A stretch of DNA of 64,000 nucleotides from Balanoglossus misakiensis (Eukaryota; Animalia; Hemichordata): assembly GCA_040954595.2 (NCBI GenBank), contig CM082581.2, positions 12,783,921-12,847,920 of the forward strand, read 5' to 3'. Under the pieces are notes generated by a model, which was given only the letters and a program-made list of their open reading frames with translations, ran no database searches and had not been told where the DNA came from. Both the position numbers and the translations under genes were made by a program. Of this stretch, positions 35,132 through 49,500 are shown one piece after another (within the stretch, counting starts at the first letter, position 1; each line of letters begins with the position of its first letter).

Positions 35132-35336
35132 CAGTTCTGCCTGGGCCAGTAATGGTGCGAAGATCTGACGAACCATTCTTCATGGTATCGGTGATGCTCT
35201 TCCTGTGCTTTCTTCATCTTGAATCAGTCGACTTTTGTACCAGTCAATTCAAGCCTAGTGAATAAAACAAATCCTTGATATTCGATTAGTATGCATTTAA
35301 GCGTGTACTCCACAAAGACAATTTGTGTAAGAATAT

Positions 35337-35350
35337 TTTATTGTAATAAA
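35337..35350. terminator. Back-to-back candidate polyadenylation signals of convergent NOA1 (+) and tetraspanin (-)
   Basis: TTTATT-GT-AATAAA. Another + strand AATAAA lies at 35261. Confidence 0.4.
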
Positions 35351-36779
35351 ATATACGAAAATACTACATGCTGTTGGACAATCCTTTCACTTAAATCTTG
35401 AAATACGTTTCATTTTTTTCCTGAAATGTGTCCAAAAACCATGCATATTAAATTGATAAAAAAATTGTGCACATTATTCTCAGACTTTGTACATAGTCAG
35501 TCTATTCAAATTCTATCAAGAATAAAACTCAGCATTCCTAGTATGGAGACTTTCCATGACAATACATGAGCCTAACCAAGTTCAGGGACAGTTGTGACCA
35601 ATCAGAGAGGTTTCTGTGGCAACAGTTGTGACCAATTAGATCTATTGACATATTTCTATCTGCAACCGCCATGTCACAGATGAGAGTGATGTGCACCCCT
35701 TGCTGCAAAATAATCTTGATTTTCACTACTGCACAAAGCTTATGCATAATTGCCCACATGTAAAGAGGAACAAGGAGTATATTCTGAAAAAAATCACAAT
35801 AACCTGAATTCTTGGCATGATAAATTAGATTGAATATAAATAATGCACATGACAATTAATGAAAAAAATACTTGTGACTAAAATGAAACAAAAAATATAA
35901 AAACTTGCCAAAGACCCCAGTCAGTCCCCTATACTAGTATTCTATATTCAGCAAGTTTTTAAAAGTATAAAAATTTGAAAATGCTGCGATCGGTAAACGC
36001 TTAGCCAAAATATCAGCAAGGTGCACGGTAGCTAATAAAATGGCTCTCAAGATTGCAAGATAAACTTGTGAAATTAGAATGGTGACTTCACACAGCTGAC
36101 AAGGAAAATTTGATGGTTTGAAGTCAAAAATTGCACTGTATGTGTGAAGACAGTACACAACTACTAGTATCAGATCAATCGTAAAGAACACTCCCAGAAA
36201 TCTAAACAGCCTCTATAATTTGAAAAAAAAATATCCCACACATTTTGATATGAAAATCTAAAGGTAAACTCTGCACCATATATACAAAGATGATCACTAA
36301 TATGTATACACCTGTATTTGAACCGGGACATAGGAAATATTTCTTATTTACAATATCCGGAAAATCTGGAAAGACAAAAAGAAGTGACCTATTTCTCTGA
36401 ACAGTGATATGCATGCAAGTGAAAGGCACTCTTCATTGTACATGAACATTCCAATGCATTGTAAAAATTAAAATATCATGAATATTCAAATTAATCATGA
36501 ATATTGTTTCTATCTCGATATGTAAGATATTAACCCATTACTATTATCATAATAATCATTATAAATTAAACTAAATAGCTTGGTAAAAAAATACCAAAGT
36601 GATGTAATCTTGAGTTAAAAGTTGTCCTACTAAACTCAGTAACATTACTGGTCATGAATTTGTTTATAGCACACTTGGATAAGTTTCCCATGAACCCTTT
36701 CACCCCTATATCCCTCAATAGAGGTCCAACTTTACCACAGGAAACAATGGATTTGGACCAAACCATGGTGGTGAAAAGG

Positions 36780-39106
36780 TTAGAAGCGGGATAGATTCTG
36801 TCGCTTGCTACTCTCGTGTCTTTCTCGCTGCTCGTCAATCTGAGTATGCAAAACTCTTGCGAGACAGATACCAAGTATCTGCGAAGAAAAAGCGAATGAC
36901 ATTGGTGGTCAATGTTCAACATTTAACTTAAGTAAATTACAATACATGTAGTCAGAGTAGACACAGCAATAGATGATGTTGCCACACTGAAAATAGATGA
37001 AGAGAGCAAACTCACCTGCAGGATAGCGAAACCAATGGCCAATCCCCCAAGCAGGTAGACATTATTATTTACATATTCAACCAGTCGACTGACACATCCA
37101 GTGACGTAAATGATATCACTTACAGCAGTTGTCTGTGAGGAAAATTAAAATAAAAATGTCATTAAATATAAGCCCCAAAACATGTCATAATTAACAACAT
37201 GAGGGCGCTATTCTCTGTGTAGTTACTCACAGGTTTATCAGTGGTGTCATAGCCACACTGGGTATTGATGATGTTGTTACCGCCCTCTTCAGGCCGACAG
37301 CACGAGTACGGCACTCCACACCGTTCTCGACTCGGGTTATTGTCCGTACAGTTGAAGTAAATATTCTTGTCCCAGTCTTCGTATCCACCTTTGCCACCGC
37401 AGCACTTCAGCTACAGAGAGAATGCGTGGACATACATACGATCATTTTATTGTATACAGCTCAGATATATAAGCTGGACAAAATTTCTTTTGACGTTTTA
37501 TTTGAGCATGGTTCAAAAGGTGTATTAGCACATTGGTCAGGACATTTCCTTTATCTCTGCGTGTGCTTTCTGTTTCATTTCCTTCCAACAGCTGTAAAAA
37601 AAAAAAATTCTACTTACTTCGATTTGAACAAAATCAATGAAATTCCTGAGGTCAAGGTCTTGCCTGTATCGGACTATAGCCCTCTCTACCACTTTGTCCA
37701 CTTGGTTGTAAGTCTGAAACAAATAAAAAACACTTCACTCTTACTACATGGTGGGTGCAGTTGGGCAGAACACAAGAGCTAATTTGTAATAATGGTATCC
37801 TACTTTGATGAAGGTACATTGTTAGCTGAGATTTCCATGGAAGTTGAATGCACAGATTCTGAAAAGTGGAACCTACCTCTTCTGTGAATACAAGTGCTAC
37901 AATTCCAGCAATCAGCTCCAGAATGAGTACAAGAGTCAGGAAGAGATAGAACTGGAATGGTAACGGAAAATGGAACAGTCATTACAACTGGAAGTGTGAA
38001 ATACATGTAATGACCAAGTAATTTAGGGATACTGTCCACAAATAACACCACCCCACCCCTAAGTGTTTTAATTTTACTTTTTTATTTTGTACTTACAAAC
38101 ATGAGACAGAAGGTGTTCTCCCTGATAGAACCAATACATCCAGCAAAGCCCAGAATGAAGATGACTGCTCCAACGACGATGAGAACAATGGCAGGGTTAG
38201 TGAGTAGGTCCAAATAGTCCATCACGTTGCCAACACCCTTTTCTACAGTTGCCCATATTCCCAGGCCGAGCATCAAGAAACCTACAATCTGGAGAGATAT
38301 AGAAATATAAAAGTCATTTGGCTGGTCAGACTCAATTTTTATTATTTTGTGTCTTGTCTTGAGATTTATAAAACTATTTCAGCTGCCAATACCATAGATG
38401 TGCAAAAAGAACTAAAGAAACTTTGTATAACTTCCAGACTGTGACCTAATTCCTCCTCAAGTGATTTCATTACGGTTGAAAACTTCCCCATGGCAACATT
38501 TATCTGGGGGTTAGCTACTTTTATTTTGGACACTCACCTAGGGGGACAAGTATGTCTACTTATTTACTACTCTGCTGTGAAAGAGTTGGGAGTGTCACAG
38601 CCTGAAAACACCAAACACTTCAAGTTTTATGTTGGGGCACAATAAACATCTGAACACAAACGCTCAACAATGACTTACAACCTTCATGAATATCTGAAGT
38701 AGGCGTTTTCATTTTAGCCAAGCAAGTCGTTTTAAAACTAAGTTATTTTCATATAAAATGTGTGTTTCAATGAAATTACGTGCCTATAGATGTAAAATGC
38801 ACAGTAGCCGACAAGCGCTTGGAAATGGATGACAAACAGATTACATCATGTGGGTACTCCCTCACACCTCGATGATTGCCAAGAATCTCAAACAAGTCGG
38901 TCAAGTTATGCATAGTACATGTATATGCATTTGTACATACATTGTACAAACCAGAGCAATAAGCGTAGTGGCCACTGCAGCAGCTCGAGTCCGCGCGAAG
39001 TTCACGCCGCCGCGCGCCAGCTGATATCTCTACTTACCCAAAATATGAAATTGAAAATGAAAAGGAGGTACTTTATGACGGGATTAACCGCGCTTTCATC
39101 CGACAT
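36780..39106 (-). CDS. Tetraspanin, TspanC8 subfamily (TSPAN33/5/17-like), 7 exons, 275 aa
   Basis: Exons: 39106-39038 (KYLLFIFNFIFW), 38288-38097 (GFAGCIGSIREN), 37951-37877, 37713-37618 (RYRQDLDLRNFIDFVQ), 37410-37231 (CCG..DWDKNIYFNC..CGVPYSCC..NTQCG), 37132-37016 (TGC), 36878-36780. Four TM segments and eight Cys in the large loop. Confidence 0.95.
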
Positions 39107-40033
39107 GACTGATTGCGTATCCTCCAAACCGTCGAATATTAGAGTCAAGGTGTTGAGTATGGACAACTGAACGGACGCTTAATTACGTACACAACAACGC
39201 CCGAATAGGCATTTCCTGTTCCGCTTTCTCACTTGCACTTTTAGTACGCACACATTCCGCGCAGTTGGAAGACGCCCTCCCAATACTGCATTACAATCTT
39301 TTGTTTTTATGCGGCCATTTTGCAAAATATACGAAGGACTCAGGAGTAAAACTGTAATACACGATCTGAGACAAATACACAACACATATACCTTTTAAAT
39401 TGTTCAGAAATAATTTATTGTGTATAAAAGTTATCACACACCAGATACACATCTCAGAGAACAAGTATGACAATGTATAACAAAAGATATTCCAAATGTA
39501 CATCACTACTCTGTACAAAAGTCCTAAAAATGTTTGTTTGTTTTTCATAGAAAAATAGAAAAACATAAAATCTACACTAGTCAACATCTACATCTTCCTC
39601 CTTAGCAATCAATGTAACTTTTGTCCACATTTCATGACATATACCAATATACCACATGCCAGGGTAAAGATAGCTGCTCATTTTCTTAAAAACGTGAAAA
39701 AGAGGGTGATGGAACAAGTCTACTCTACGGTTTTACTGATACAAAGTTGGGAAAACTGCACCAAAACGACAGCACATGCACAAAGCTAATGGTTTCTACT
39801 TTGCTACTACCATAACTCTCTGAAACATCAAGGATATAAAGTGATAACGTTGCACTTTTTTGGCTGACAAATATTGTCACCACACTGATGAGTCAACATA
39901 AACATGTGTAGAATCTAAACCCATTTATACTATCTGTATATAGTAATAATTATGCTGCCATAATAAAGACTACAAATGTGTAGCACCATAGACCTTGAGG
40001 GTCTCTACAGCTGAACTAAGCTAACTACTGAAC

Positions 40034-40058
40034 CATAGACAGACTTCTACTGTCTATG
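40034..40058. mobile_element. Tiny hairpin insertion or transposon footprint with 7-bp flanking duplication
   Basis: CATAGACAG-acttcta-CTGTCTATG, flanked by ACTGAAC and ATTGAAC. Confidence 0.5.
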
Positions 40059-40513
40059 ATTGAACATGAAAATGGCCAATCAGAATTGTGACATATTGCT
40101 CCATTTATGACTGATTGTCAATCATTTAGGAAAGAAACTAAAAAAAATGTGGAAATTGAGCGCTTTTGAGCTGAACAGCTCAGTTCCCCCATTAGACATG
40201 CACAACAGGGTAACATGGGTTGCATGTTCAGCCACAGAGTGTTGCAAAAAAAAAAAATATGGAATGTAAGTTTTTTTTTCAGTTTCACTGAATGTATTCT
40301 CTTGGTTTCTTTGTTAATTCTCATTGATTCAGGTCTGCGCATGGTCAATGTACCTGTATAACTGGCGTCATGTTTCATGTGTTCCTTGTGCTTCAAACTT
40401 GAGCTGATTAACAAAAATACAACGAGGGTGTTGTACTGGCAAGAATCACCAATGTACCAGTGGCTCTTCGTACGAGCTTCTTGAAACAAAACACCAGGAC
40501 TGTTCTGTTTCTA

Positions 40514-43500
40514 CTAGCCCAGGTCTTCAAACACTTCCATCAGCTGGAATAGCAGGATGGTCTTGCATGTGAAATCCCGACAGTACCTCAGGAGTCTCTG
40601 ACGGAGCTGGCTGATGTGTACTTGGATGTTCTTCAGACACTCCAGGTCGTCACTTGTCAGATTGCCTGATTGCGACATCTGTGATAACGGAAGTCTTGAG
40701 CAATCTTCCTGATGCCTCACTGTGAGAGACTGGTGTAACTTGCCTGGAACATTTTGGAGAAACAAAAGTTGACATAATTATAATTTCCTTGTACAGTTTC
40801 CATCACATTCAGGCAGTCTCTCTATACTAAGTTATCAGTACTTTTGAACCAAAGAAATATGACCAAAATTCCAGTCATGTCTCAGAATTTTGCTTACTGA
40901 TCAACAAGGCCATAAGATCACAAAATACTCACCACGAACACAGTGAAGATGACTCTGAATTAAGCAGTACAGCATCATCACTAACTCCTCGCAAGCTTCT
41001 GATTCCTTCTCCCCCTGGACGGAATCCGTGGATTCGTCTGTGGAGAATGGGTTGTTCACCGGCTTCCTTTGAAAGTGGTGCTCCAGGATCTTCTTGACGG
41101 ACAGCGCGGCCCACTGACCCGGCGATCTCATTTCGTCGAAGGAGGAGACATCCAGCTCGCAGCAATTCTCCAGCAGCAGTTCGATCAGCTTGGCTCTGAC
41201 CAGGTGCGAGCCCATGCTTTCCAGAAGCAGCTGGCGGCATCCCAGACTGGGAAGCGACAGGTACTGATAGACTATCTCCTCGGCAACCTTGGTCGCAGTG
41301 TCCGGGGGATTACGACTGACTGTGACGCTCATCTCGAGAAGTTTCTGCAACATGGGCAGCAACCGTGTTGATTCCTTGGCCCTTGTACGACCGCCTTCAC
41401 TGGTAAGATGTCCCAATGAAAATTTCATCCTGACAGAGTCAATCACCCAGGATATTAAGCTGTTCAAGCGGCTGCCCTGCATCTCTCCTGCCAAATACAG
41501 CGCTGCCATCGATTTCTGAGGAGAACTCACGTTAGCTTGCAAATCACTCTCAAGAATACTGACAACGTACTCCAGACAAAGGATATTATTATAGACTACT
41601 TGGTTCTCTCCATCCTGATTGGAAAATGTCAATATTTTCTCCACGAGTCCGGACACAAAGTTCCAATCTAACAGGTCTATGTCGCTCTCCAGAACAGGAT
41701 GCAGGCTTTGAATGTGTGACAGAGCTGCATATACTGACGACGCGAGTATCTTATTTTTGCTTTCCAGCAAGACGTCTTTAATCAGGTACTCATAGATTTC
41801 CTTGGGGGGTTTTCTCTCCGTCGTCACAAAGTCCTGGATCAGCTGCACAGCAGCGTTGTGGTGGCCCTCTTCTTGGCAGGCCTCGATTGTGTAGAGGTGC
41901 TTGGATCCGAACGACAACTTTCCGTCTGCAGTCTCGCTGCAGTGTCGGCTTCGCGCACCATCCTTGGCTTGCGACGCTGCGGGTTCTGTGTTCAGACTCA
42001 CATCCTGACTGATCATACTGTTCTGTAATTGCACATGAACTGGAGCTGTGGATAAGACAACCAGAGGGCGTGCTCTGGACTGATGTGGCATATCCATGAC
42101 TGTCTTTTCTGGGGAGAAAGACTCCTGCTGCAAGTCAGCCGAATGAAGTTCCTGTACTTTGCTTGGTGATACAGCAGGCCTGTTGTTTTTTGTTGGTGTT
42201 GTTTGATTTTTCCCACTTGAACTACTCAGTGTCGACTGTCTGCACCTTTCTGTTGCAACTTTTTCTACACAGGGCTGCTCCTCCTTCCTTTGCACTGCTG
42301 GTCTCGTTTTCGAAGAGGGGCCATCCTTCTGCTGGGTCTGTGCTCTCCGAACAACTTTACCATTGGTGATGGGCACCTTGCAGTTCGAGCTTCTTCCTGG
42401 ACATGCCAACTTCCTTGAACTTTTCTGGCTGCCCTTCTCAAGCAGTTCTCCAGTCGAAGCATGCGGGATGGGCATCTGCTTGGCGTCTGTGGGTCTGTCC
42501 TTGTTGGGGTCGTTCAGGGTTAGATTGTTGACACTGGGTGCTCGGCCAGCGGAAGGATATGCTCTGCTGAGCTGTTTCTTGGTACATTTCACCTGTTGAT
42601 CAGCTGCAGTGGGTGATTTTGCCATGGGAGACTGGCAAGGTGGATCTCTGGATCTCTGTTTATGAGTGGATGTCAGCTTGCTAGAAACCACCTCTCCCTT
42701 CAAGTTATTTTTGACAGGGCAGACCGTGGCCTTTTTATGGTTTGCCACTGGCTCTAACAGGGTGGCACGCTCCGTCTTTCCTGAATCAACTGTGAACTTG
42801 ACTTTGCTCTGAGATATCGCAGTCTTTGTTGAGGTCATCTTAGACTTCACATGTCCATCAGAGAATCCTGGCCTCATGGAACCAGTTGTCGCAGTCGCTC
42901 CATTCTGAGCGGACAGAGTCTTTTTGGAATGTAGAGGAGAACATGACTTGCTCTGCGATGATATTTTTGTAGGATCTGAGACAGTATTTGCTGGACTCTG
43001 GGAAAGTGCAGCCCTTGCAGGGTTTGATGTTGGCCTCGCAGTGGCAGAGTTGGTCGCGGACCATGATGTCTTCACTTGACTCGGACTGGGCGCCACCTTT
43101 TGGGGATGTGTGGTGCCCTTAGCAAGGCTGAAAGATGATGTGGTCTTTGTGGCACTGGTCGATGGCTTTGCTGCCGTACAAAGATCATGGCTACTCTTGA
43201 TGACACTGGCAACACAAGAAGCAGCATTTTGACCTCTGTGTTTTTCATGCACCTGGGCATTAGCTTTGACTTTCTGATGGACGTTCGCACTCGCCACTGT
43301 ACTTTCTTTTTGCTTTTTCTTGAATTTTTTCACTGGAGGTGAACTCTTACCGCATGTCTCCCTGTGACTGTTCTTACATGTAGTAATGTTTCTTTCATCA
43401 TCTGAGTTTTTAGCACTGACAACAGCAAAAGTCACATGTCCACGGTAACGATGAGAGTTCGTTGTTGACTCTTGATGGTCTGAACTTGATTGTGAGAGCC

Positions 43501-46500
43501 GACAGCTTTCCTGTTTGGCAGAAAGCTTTGATTTGTCATTTGCTGATTGCTTGGCAAGGTCTGCTTTATGCGAGTTGACTAATGTACCAATGTTACTTTT
43601 TGATTTGTTAATCTCAGTTCCTTTACTGCAGCCATTTTCAGTTCTCTTTTTCTTGCACAAAGAACTGTACAGCACATCAGTCTGCACGTCTTTCCTCTTG
43701 CCAGGTCGCTTTTCAAGTGGTCTGCCATTCTTTTGGAATAAAACAGGGCCATTCGAATTTTGCAACGAAGCAGCCATCAAACTGCCATTCCTGTCAGCGC
43801 AGCTTTTGGTCAGTCTCTCGTTCTCGAAATGAGCTGGATACACATCCGCGTGACACGGTGACACAGAGTCCTGACGCACCAGCTGCGGTATATCCAATGC
43901 GTGCTCGCCATTTGTCCCTTTGGCTGCATTTTTCACAGGAGACACCATGGTACACACTACATTTTTCTGCTGATACATGGCAAGTTGCAAAGCAGAATTT
44001 TTACAGTCAGTCCTGTTGGCATATGCCTTGCTATCTGAATTTAGAGAACTGATTCCATAGTTTGGCAGGTCATTGTCACTGGTGTCTGACTTGAAATCGC
44101 TGCACGAATCATCGCATCTTTTCAAGGTCCTGGACAAACCGTCCTTATGAAGGTAACTCTTACTTCTACTACTAGTGGCAAAACAAGGCTTAGTCCTTGG
44201 TGTACTGGCATGTAATGAATTAGGTAATGATTGCACTGAGGGAAAGCTTTTGGCAGCATTGTCCAACATCTGGAATGGACTTTTTCCATTACTGCTGCTT
44301 TGGGAATGTCGCACTGAAGATAAACTGAAGACTGAGCTGGGATTTCTTGTTTGACAGTTTCTCATGTTTACTGTTTCACTGTCCCTTAAGCAGTTCAACG
44401 AGAGTTCTGGTGGACCCAGCATAGTGACAGTGTTCACTCGATTTTTGGCCAAACAGACTGCGTTTTTGTCACATCTTTCAAGCTTCGGAGGGGGTGTTTC
44501 ACGTCCCGATGACTTCACGGCGTAATTCTCAGCAAATGGGCTGATGTCAAATACTGTATCTGACACACTGTAGCTTGAATTGGGGCGGTTGCGAAAGGTA
44601 CTGATGCCAAATTTTTGTGGCGAGTCAATGCTTGAAAGGAACGCTCCCTTCCGAGATGTACGATTCAAACCAGTTTCCTGGAGATAGAGAGAAATAAAGA
44701 TATTACAATCTGTGATGTACATGAGCGACTGGACTCAACAGGTCTTGACATGGCGCCAACACTTGCAATGCAGGACTGTGCGTCATTCACAATGTTGAGT
44801 GTAACATTCTGCTCGGGGCCATAACAGATGAAAATGCTGGAAAAGGCCTTTGTGAAAAAGGGGCCAGCAAGTGCTAAAAGTAAAATCCCCATTCTCCAAT
44901 AGAGTCGGTTAAAATACAGAATGCAGTTTCAATATGTATGTCTGGTGCCCTTTTTAAGATATGGGGTTTGAATAAACACATCAATTTTCAAACATGTTTA
45001 AATAGTTACCTATACAACATGCACTGAGCAACATTTAAATTACAAAAGAAATGGTAAGTACAAATGTAGGCAGGAAGTTAAACTGTTTCAATAGAGGCAT
45101 TTGTGCATGTCCGTACATGTACAAGCAAAATGGTTATGGGAATGGTAATGTTATGAGTTATATTATCCCTGCTTAAATTGGCCGATAAAAAAAACAGTTT
45201 AATATATAAAACAAGAAGAACAGTGTCTGTTAAAAATGGAAAACTATAGATCTTTTTGCTTTGCGATAGAATAATATACTTCTTTTCCTTCCTGGCTTAA
45301 TTATCCTTAAGACTCTTTTTCGCACAAAGCATTTTAACCAATCAGAAACAGCCACCTTGGCGTGGTGGAATACAACTGGTTATGCACTACGTGCAATCAT
45401 TATTGTAACTGTTCTTTTCTTATCATTATACAATCAAACAGCACTCAGCTTTTACATGTAAACAACATTTCTTTGTTGAAGCATTCTTTGTAGTATGTGA
45501 ATAATCAATGACAGGTAACCTCCTGTAATTTTTGTTTGCTGAAATTTATTATCCTCAGAGATATTGATTGAAATTCACTTTAATATCTATCTAAGCCTGC
45601 ATAGAAATGATAGCATTTATATTTGCTTGGAAAAACTAAAAGCATCCAGAATATTAGTGCTATTTTTATTGGAAACAACCCCATGATTTGACAAGAGGCA
45701 AATAAAAATATCACCGAAAAAATTCCTCGCTGCAGAGGCAGCCAGTCTGAATTTTGAGGTTGAATGTACAAAATAAAAATAGTATACAGACACAATCTGA
45801 AGGCTTTCCGGTGATCGTATCATTATCAAAAAGCCTTATTCTGCGTAAGGTTACAAGAGACGGCTTAAAAATCAACTACAAAATAATGAACCTTCTAATC
45901 TTCCGAGCCCTGTGCAAACGGATCTTAAGAGGTTTTGAAACCCTCTTCTGGTGCCAGCCTTGGAGACGAGTTGACAGTAATAAAGGACACCCAATACTGA
46001 ACAAAATACCACCGCTGAGAATCTATTGACTGCACGGCCTGTCTGCACATATCCAAGCCAATAACTGTACTTGTTCATAATTAGTCAAGCGTTACAAATG
46101 AGAGCAAATGTTGTTAATTAGATTGCTATCACTAATCATCATCTTTAAATTCCTTGTAACTGTTATCTGTTAGAACTGCTTTGTTATCTATATCTGAATG
46201 TACACCGCACCTTTTAATCACAAATATCCTCAATGTGCCTAAAAAATACCCACTATATTAATATCATAGTGTGAAAAAAAATATACACACATATATATGA
46301 ACTCACAGATGACAATTCAATTTTGCAGTCAAAGACTGCCCTATTGACATTTTGAATCATAATCAATAGATGCAATTATTTGGTGGTGCCTTGCTACATC
46401 AGAAATAACCGTGAGTAGTTGACGATCTTCTTCGCATCGGTGAAAAGAAAAATATGATCACATCCATAAATATTTCATGGATAAATATCAACCACTAGTT

Positions 46501-49500
46501 GCTCTGTTAAGCTGGCTCAAATAGTCATGCATTTAAATTTCACAGAAGCAAATTTGTGGCAAATTAAAAAATAAACAAAGGATTACGATGAGCATTATTG
46601 TAATGTGCTGGAATATTAAAGAATGCTCAACGTATTAAAATATAATTTGACTCACCATTCTCACTGAATTACACATGTAACCAAGGCCAAACATTGCGCT
46701 TCAAAATAAACCCTGCCGCCGGTAGCAATTTTGATAGTGACTTTGAGATAAGACTTATCTCACCATGCTGACAATAGGTTTTGTTTCAGTGCTTTAACAA
46801 AGCAATTCATACAATGCAGGCGAAAACAACCAACCAGTACTATTTCACCTTTACACCGAGTAGGAGTACGTTCATTTGGGGATCGAAAAAACGATTACAT
46901 CAGCCTCATGTGACTGTACGTGCTCATTTGCATAGCTTAGGCCACCTCATCACTCAGCGGGAACATTCCATTTTGATAGCAGGTAATGCAGGCACTGTGT
47001 ACTCTAAAAAGCATGCAGTGCTCTAATCCTAATATAGCACTCTCAGCTAACAGCCAGAACTCCAGCCTCTTTTATTAAAACCCTGTGGTTTAGTTACATT
47101 ACACAAATATTAAAAAATAAATAAAAGGTCTTTCAATGTTTATTGTTCAAAGTTGAACACACACACGTTTAAACAACCTCCTTAAAAAACATAGTTTTTA
47201 GGGGGAAAAAATTATACATTGTACCTTTCTTGAAAACCCAGAAACCTGTCAAAGTAACGGGAACAGAAAATGGAATCGTCCATGAAACTGTCTAGTTAGG
47301 TGGCTCTGTTTCCTGTGCAGAAGACTACATAGGCACATGCTAACCTTCACCATGCAGGGCTTCTGCCTACTCCTACACAATCGGACATTCTGGACTCGCA
47401 TGCCACGGCAACTGGACAATGAGTCTTCTGAGACAAATTTGACAAAAATTACGAAAAATGACCATATTAATTTATATGAACTAGGATGGAAAACTGTGGC
47501 TGTTAGGAGATTAGCCCTCAAATAAGACTGCAAGAACACACTACACACTTCATACATAATTCCAAGTTAAACCAACACATAATCATTCAAATCATCGGAC
47601 CTTAATGAAATACAGTTGGTATTAACCCAACGCCACTATGGCACTAGGCATTGCCAAACTGTACCTTTGTGGAAAGGTTAATCTCCACTGCTCATTACAC
47701 ATACCAGTGCCATATTGAATTGCCTAGTTGTGATAACATTTTGAACCTTAATTGATCTTGCGCAACGCAGGCCATACAGCGAATGGATTGATTATATGTC
47801 ACTGCAGTATTGCACTGCCACAATCAGGCACCCTCACCAGTTGGCACACTTTAATATATCAACTACGGTAGCATTCAAATGTTACATAACCCTAGACACA
47901 GCAGCTCGTGAATTTCATTTTATTTTGGGTACAACAATACAACCTGACAAAACTAAAACACTCAAGCGACTGAGAATAAGAGCTATTTAATCCACCATAT
48001 TGCATTACGAAAACGCCACATTAACTTTTATGGGCCACTTGTGTATCAATATCAATATCAGTATCATACACTTCATCCACTTCTGAAACAGTGAAAGGCC
48101 CCAGGGATGTTCAGCTGCCGCGTACATTAGAGACAGAGAAATATTTTCCCGTATGCAACCTGTGTTGTGACTGATTATCGCCTTAAAATAAAATATAAAG
48201 TTTCCATGGGTTTTGCCAGCAGCTCTGGATTACTGCAAATGCATTACACTTCTTTTCAGAAGTGGAGAATGTTTGGCAAACAAAGTAGCAGAACTCAAAC
48301 ATGTGAATGTTAACCCCCCACCTCTCTCCCCCTCTCTGAGAGTATAGAGATGCCCCACTCAAATGAAATACCAGGTGTATTCGCATTCTGCGGCAAATGC
48401 TGCTATCAGTATTGGGTAACCCACAGCAGATGTAACATTGAATCAATGTGAACCATTTTTACCTGCAGACTTTGCTCAATGGCACTCTTCATGTCTCTTT
48501 CAAACTGAGCGTTAGCGTCCAGGCCCATGGAGAATTTTTCCATTTCTGTCTTTCTCAAATTCTCCTGTTGAATAAAGAGAAGCAGAAGACTGAAAGAACT
48601 ATTTGGTGAAAGGAATTCGACATAGGATATTTGAACTGAAATATATGTTCACATGGTTTGATATTACAGATTGAAAATTACCAATACATGTAAATTGCCA
48701 TCTACAACTGGTCAAGTCTGCATAATAGAGTCATATCTACTTAAGACATGCGAAGCACTCTCACCTGCAGACTTTGTTCAATCGCACTCTTCATGTCTCT
48801 TTCAAACTGAGCGTTGGCATCCAGGCCCACAGAGAATTTTTCAATTTCTGTCTTTCTCAAGTTCTCCTGTTGAATAAACAGAAGCAGAAGGCTTAGTGAA
48901 TGGTTTGGTGAAAAGTCTCTTTTGCTATAACCGTACAGAAGTACCTGGGCAAACTTGGACAGACACCAGTACCTAATATTTACGATTATGTTATTCTGGT
49001 CATTGTTATACCGAGTAGTGAAATATGGAATGCTGGCAACTCTACCAGTACATTGTGTAATCAACTGTCACAAGACAAATATAGTCGTATGAAATATGTC
49101 AAATGATTCAGAGAGTATGTGCACAACCGGTCACAGTTAATATCTCTATATTATCCATACAGTAACAAAACACTTTTGTATGCTCTAAAACCGTAACCTA
49201 AAATTCAACTACATGATTGTTACCATGTGATATGGGACTTTCAAGTTGTTGGAAAACACAAGGATTTTAAACTCCTGTCGCATGGGGGCGCTGCACAGCG
49301 GTACCATCCGAAAATAAGTAAGAAAAGTTGAACGATTTTGATTTTAAACGGACAGAATAATTTAAATGATTATTAGAAGAAAAAAATCAGATTTGCTAAG
49401 GCCATGGTTCACGGTATATTTGTTTAGGAGTTTCTGGTATGTCAATCGCTGACACCGTGGACGTTGAGACGCAACTTTGCTGAGGTAGTGACAGTGTACT

